Part shown: positions 63,701 to 64,000 of the stretch, piece after piece
Layout: each line of letters opens with the position of its first letter
Numbering within the stretch: position 1 is the stretch's first letter
Assembly: GCF_018350175.1 (NCBI RefSeq)
Contig: NC_058368.1
Span: 163,434,001 to 163,498,000, forward strand
Direction of reading: 5' to 3'
DNA from: Felis catus
Taxonomy: Eukaryota
DNA: 64,000 nt
The notes under the pieces: generated by a model
Seen by the model: the letters and a program-made list of their open reading frames with translations, nothing else
What the model was told of the DNA's origin: nothing
Databases searched by the model: none
Made by a program: the position numbers and the translations under genes

Positions 63701-64000
63701 ATAATCTTTTTATTTTATTCTTACATAATTACAATTACTTATAATGGCATGCATGCACTTGCTAGTCAGTGTACAAATTCTCAAAGCTTGCAATCAGATT
63801 AGGCACTGCTGGCCTCATTTCCTCTTCCACATTGATTTTCATGCAGTATTTGCTTTATTACCACAGCAACCATCTAAAAAACCAGTTTTGCAAAGATATC
63901 AAGAAAGCAATGTAGTGTGACCATATGTTGAAACTGTGAACTACCTCAGACTAGTAGTCCACAAGAGATCTGATAGATGTTGAGTACAGCTGTGCTTCTT

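Overview
This is mammalian genomic DNA, almost certainly from a felid (abundant CAN-SINEs of the SINEC_Fc type). It holds two convergent genes. (1) On the + strand is the 3' half of PAM (peptidylglycine alpha-amidating monooxygenase): ten coding exons at 3080-26340 covering the PAL lyase domain, transmembrane helix and cytosolic tail, then the 3' UTR. (2) On the - strand is the complete CDS of GIN1, a domesticated Gypsy/Ginger-type integrase: seven coding exons at 61418-46076, 524 codons plus stop. Between them lies a 5'-truncated processed alpha-tubulin pseudogene, probably from a TUBA3-like parent. The most interesting observation is a series of decayed, splice-site-bounded segments on the - strand at about 27.4-44 kb. 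Their translations repeatedly show RGS-domain-like motifs, suggesting a lost multi-exon RGS22/RGSL1-like gene (a unitary pseudogene). That family call was made by eye and needs an HMM or tblastn check. The rest is SINE, L1, L2, MIR, MLT and DNA-transposon remnants plus microsatellites; repeat boundaries and subfamilies are approximate.
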